Positions 61,251 through 64,000 of a stretch of DNA of 64,000 nucleotides are shown in pieces. The notes under the pieces were generated by a model. It worked only from the letters and a program-made list of their open reading frames with translations. It was not told the origin of the DNA and did not search any database. Both the position numbers and the translations under genes were made by a program. This DNA is from Dipteris shenzhenensis (taxonomy: Eukaryota), in the NCBI GenBank assembly GCA_047967505.1, contig CM106538.1; one strand, written 5' to 3'. Position 1 is the stretch's first letter. Every line of letters starts with the position of its first letter.

Positions 61251-62749
61251 CATCTATCCTATATCTATTTAATATAAGGCAAATGACTCACATGTGGTAT
61301 ACAATCGAGAGAAAAGCATCAAATTGGTCGATCAAATGACCAAATTAGTTTGAATAAAATCTGCATTCCTAGAGAAGATTTTATGTGCATCATGCAATCA
61401 GCCTTGCAAGCCCATGGTGGTCCTACTTGATTCTATTGACAACCTTGTGAATCAAGTACAACTTGGCACATTTTCACCATAATCCATGAATTATAGAATT
61501 CAATCATCCGCAGATCCCATTAGAAACTCAACATGCTAGAGATCAAATAGAAAATTTTGTTTTAATCACATAGGTGTCTCCAACCACCACTACTTATTTT
61601 GAAATTCCATGGTGCATAGTTGGTGCATATGTTAGTCCAATGAGTCTACCTTAAGCTCAAGAGAGAGAATCATTAGAAAATACATCTACAAAAGGATAAT
61701 TTTATGTTTTGTTATATGCTACCAAACTCGGGTTAGTTATGAGGCTTCCCAGACCTTTATGAAAATAAAGAGATAGGTAATGTAAGAAAGCTAGACAATA
61801 TGAGACACTAGCTACCAAAATAATTAATTAGTAGTACACATATGGCCACCCATTATACATGATCATATAACAAAAGATGATTACAAGACAAGAAGGGATT
61901 CAGTCTAATAGAGTCTCCCAGGGCACCAACTAACCAATTATTAAGTAAGATCTTTGGGCCATCCCTCCCCCATCTGAGGCATCAATTCTAGTTTTGAGGA
62001 ATTCAAAACTCGGGGGCTCAATGGAAGAAAATATTTAATATTATATAAGTTAACTTTCTATTTTGTTTTCCCTTGCAAGCGGAGCTACATGAAAAGTATA
62101 CAATACCAAAATGCTTTTCCAAACAGGATAATGGAAAGAGTCTAGTCAAATCAGCCTCTTTCTATTTTTTGAGCCCCACCAGTACTTTCGCCTAGAGAAG
62201 ATGAAGAAACCGCATGTCTTAGTACTGTGTAGGGTTGTTCTACCTATGACATTGGTATTGCCACGAAAGAACTCATTATTGTGTATATGCGAGGTGTATG
62301 CCTACACGTAGACATCCATACCACAAGCTTATTTTGCAAATATGTGTTTAGAACAATCACCTTATATGTCTAGGGTGGTTTGCTACTCGAAAAAAGTACC
62401 CACCACCACATAAAAATTGATGGTATTGGGATCATCATTTGGTATGCGTCAGTCTATGTTTTGATTTGCTATTATAAAAGATGAGGGTCTCACAGTTGCA
62501 ATTTTGTCATGTTTGATAGCTAGGTTAGGAATCTTCAGGTCAACATCAAGTTGGACGAGCAAGTTACTACATTCCCCAATTTAATAGTCTTGTATGTTTT
62601 TACATAGGTTAATCGCATGGTCGTTGGGTTACTATGGATTCTCCACGTAGATAAGAAAATTGTAAATCTTTATGTCCCTCAATGAAGGCATGGGCCGGAA
62701 GAGTTGTCAATGATTTCACCCCACCTTGATTGGTTGTTGTCATTGCAGG

Positions 62750-64000
62750 TCAATGAGGCATGAACATTGGTGGCATTACTTGGCCTAGAGATCCATCTTC
62801 TAGTTGATTGTTTGCTCTTTTTCTTCTTCTTGCACATGCGGTGCCATGGGATCCTCTTCCAAGAACAATACATTTATCAAGAATTTCATTCTTTGAGTCC
62901 ATGTGTTGATATTTTTGTAGCCTTGTCCAGTTCTCATGTAGTTGACAAAGACGCCACCCTCTCTTCGGGATTGAGTTTGTCTTGTTGGTCTGCTGGCACA
63001 TGGATGAGACTCAGTATCCCAAGAATTGTATGTGCATGGCATTTTTCTTGTGCGGATGCCACAACTCATACAACATCATCATCCCAATTGGAGTTGTTGG
63101 GACTCAATTAAGTAGGATCATTGTCGTGGAGGCTGCGTTAGCCCATAGAAACTTGAAAATTCTTCATGATGCAACACGCATTAGGTCATTTCTATAATGA
63201 TCATGTTGTTGTGTTCTAATATTCCATTTCTTTTTGGAGCCTTTGGTCATGAATCTGTGTTTATGCTTCAGTATTCTTGGGCCTATTGTAAAACCAGAAC
63301 CTTTTCATTTTCCTTCCCCTTCAATTCTCAATCAATGCTTTAAATTCTTTGAATTTGTGTTTTATGAAGTAAATGATGATGAACCTAGAGCAATCATCAA
63401 TGTCATTGACAAAATACCTTGATCCTTTGAGGTAATTTGTCTAAAGAGGGCTCATGTCACTATGATTCAAGTCATTCAATCCTTTTACTCGATTCCCTTC
63501 ATCTCAAGTGACAGGTTCTTTGTGGTTCTTCCTATACCTATAGACTTTGTCAAGGTTAGCTCTATTTTGATAGTTAAATCCATACTACAAGAGAGTGCAT
63601 CACCATGTTTTTGAGTTTTTTTATGCTGATGTGCCCAAAGTGCTAGTGCTAGACTCGTTCATCATGCCCCATCATGACTTGCCTTAGCAATAGATGCAAA
63701 GGACTTTTGTTGGTTTGACTTGTATGTTGTTATTACTTTTAGGTTGTGATGGCTTTTGCTTTGTCTTTCATCACAAAAATGATAATATTTTGAAGAAACA
63801 AGCATTTCCCTTCCTTAAACTTGACTTTCAACTCGTGATTATCAAGCATCCCCACCAACCTCAAGTTTTTAGAAGGTTTACAACATGTCCACTTGGGTAA
63901 CCAAATGTGTATTGTGCCCTTCTTGACTACACTGATGGATCCATTATCACCTAATCACCATGTCCTCCCCCCATGGAAGGTTTTGGCGCAAGGACAGTGC
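62750..64000 (-). mobile_element. Degenerate Ty1/copia pol remnant (protease, integrase, SH3-like region)
   Basis: Frameshifted minus-strand fragments LGDNGS, HSDM, KGSRYF, IDDCSR, FKEFKALIEN, YELW…HIQFLGY, and GVFVNY…GQGYK…NVLFLEED. Confidence 0.7.

Noticed and set aside
62800-63069. SWIM zinc finger (PCTYNSWDTESHPCA) of a Mutator element
   Set aside because: Adjacent frames give clearer copia motifs (YELW…, GVFVNY…GYK), so it is assigned to copia.

Overview
Eukaryotic, transposon-dense DNA, most likely a land plant (GT-AG introns, CACTA, chromovirus, copia and L1 elements; a non-seed plant is a guess). Positions 1-4918 recur at 27460-32377 (offset 27,459 bp, about 11 substitutions by eye), consistent with a recent tandem segmental duplication. 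The centrepiece is a degenerate Sola1/DUF7869-like DDE transposase gene (24331-27806) with CACTA TnpA/Tnp1-like N-terminal domains. It is preceded by a ~9.2 kb satellite of ~182 bp monomers arranged as an A-B-C trimer, with a ~1 kb internal inversion. The satellite is bracketed by a splice donor and acceptor, so it may fill a transposase intron. To the right are: a coiled-coil/RING pseudogene; a convergent Sola2-like transposase pseudogene; a complete CACTA element (44091-52289, TSD GAA) carrying a nested 1 kb insertion and a hairpin-rich low-complexity block; a 3-exon plant dimeric alpha-beta barrel (ABM-like) gene with one frameshift and a G-box/DRE promoter; a full-length but mutated chromodomain Ty3/gypsy element (54316-60623, TSD CCATG); and copia and LINE remnants. 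A ~246 bp MITE with 8-bp TSDs occurs four times. All family assignments come from motif recognition by eye; no searches were run.
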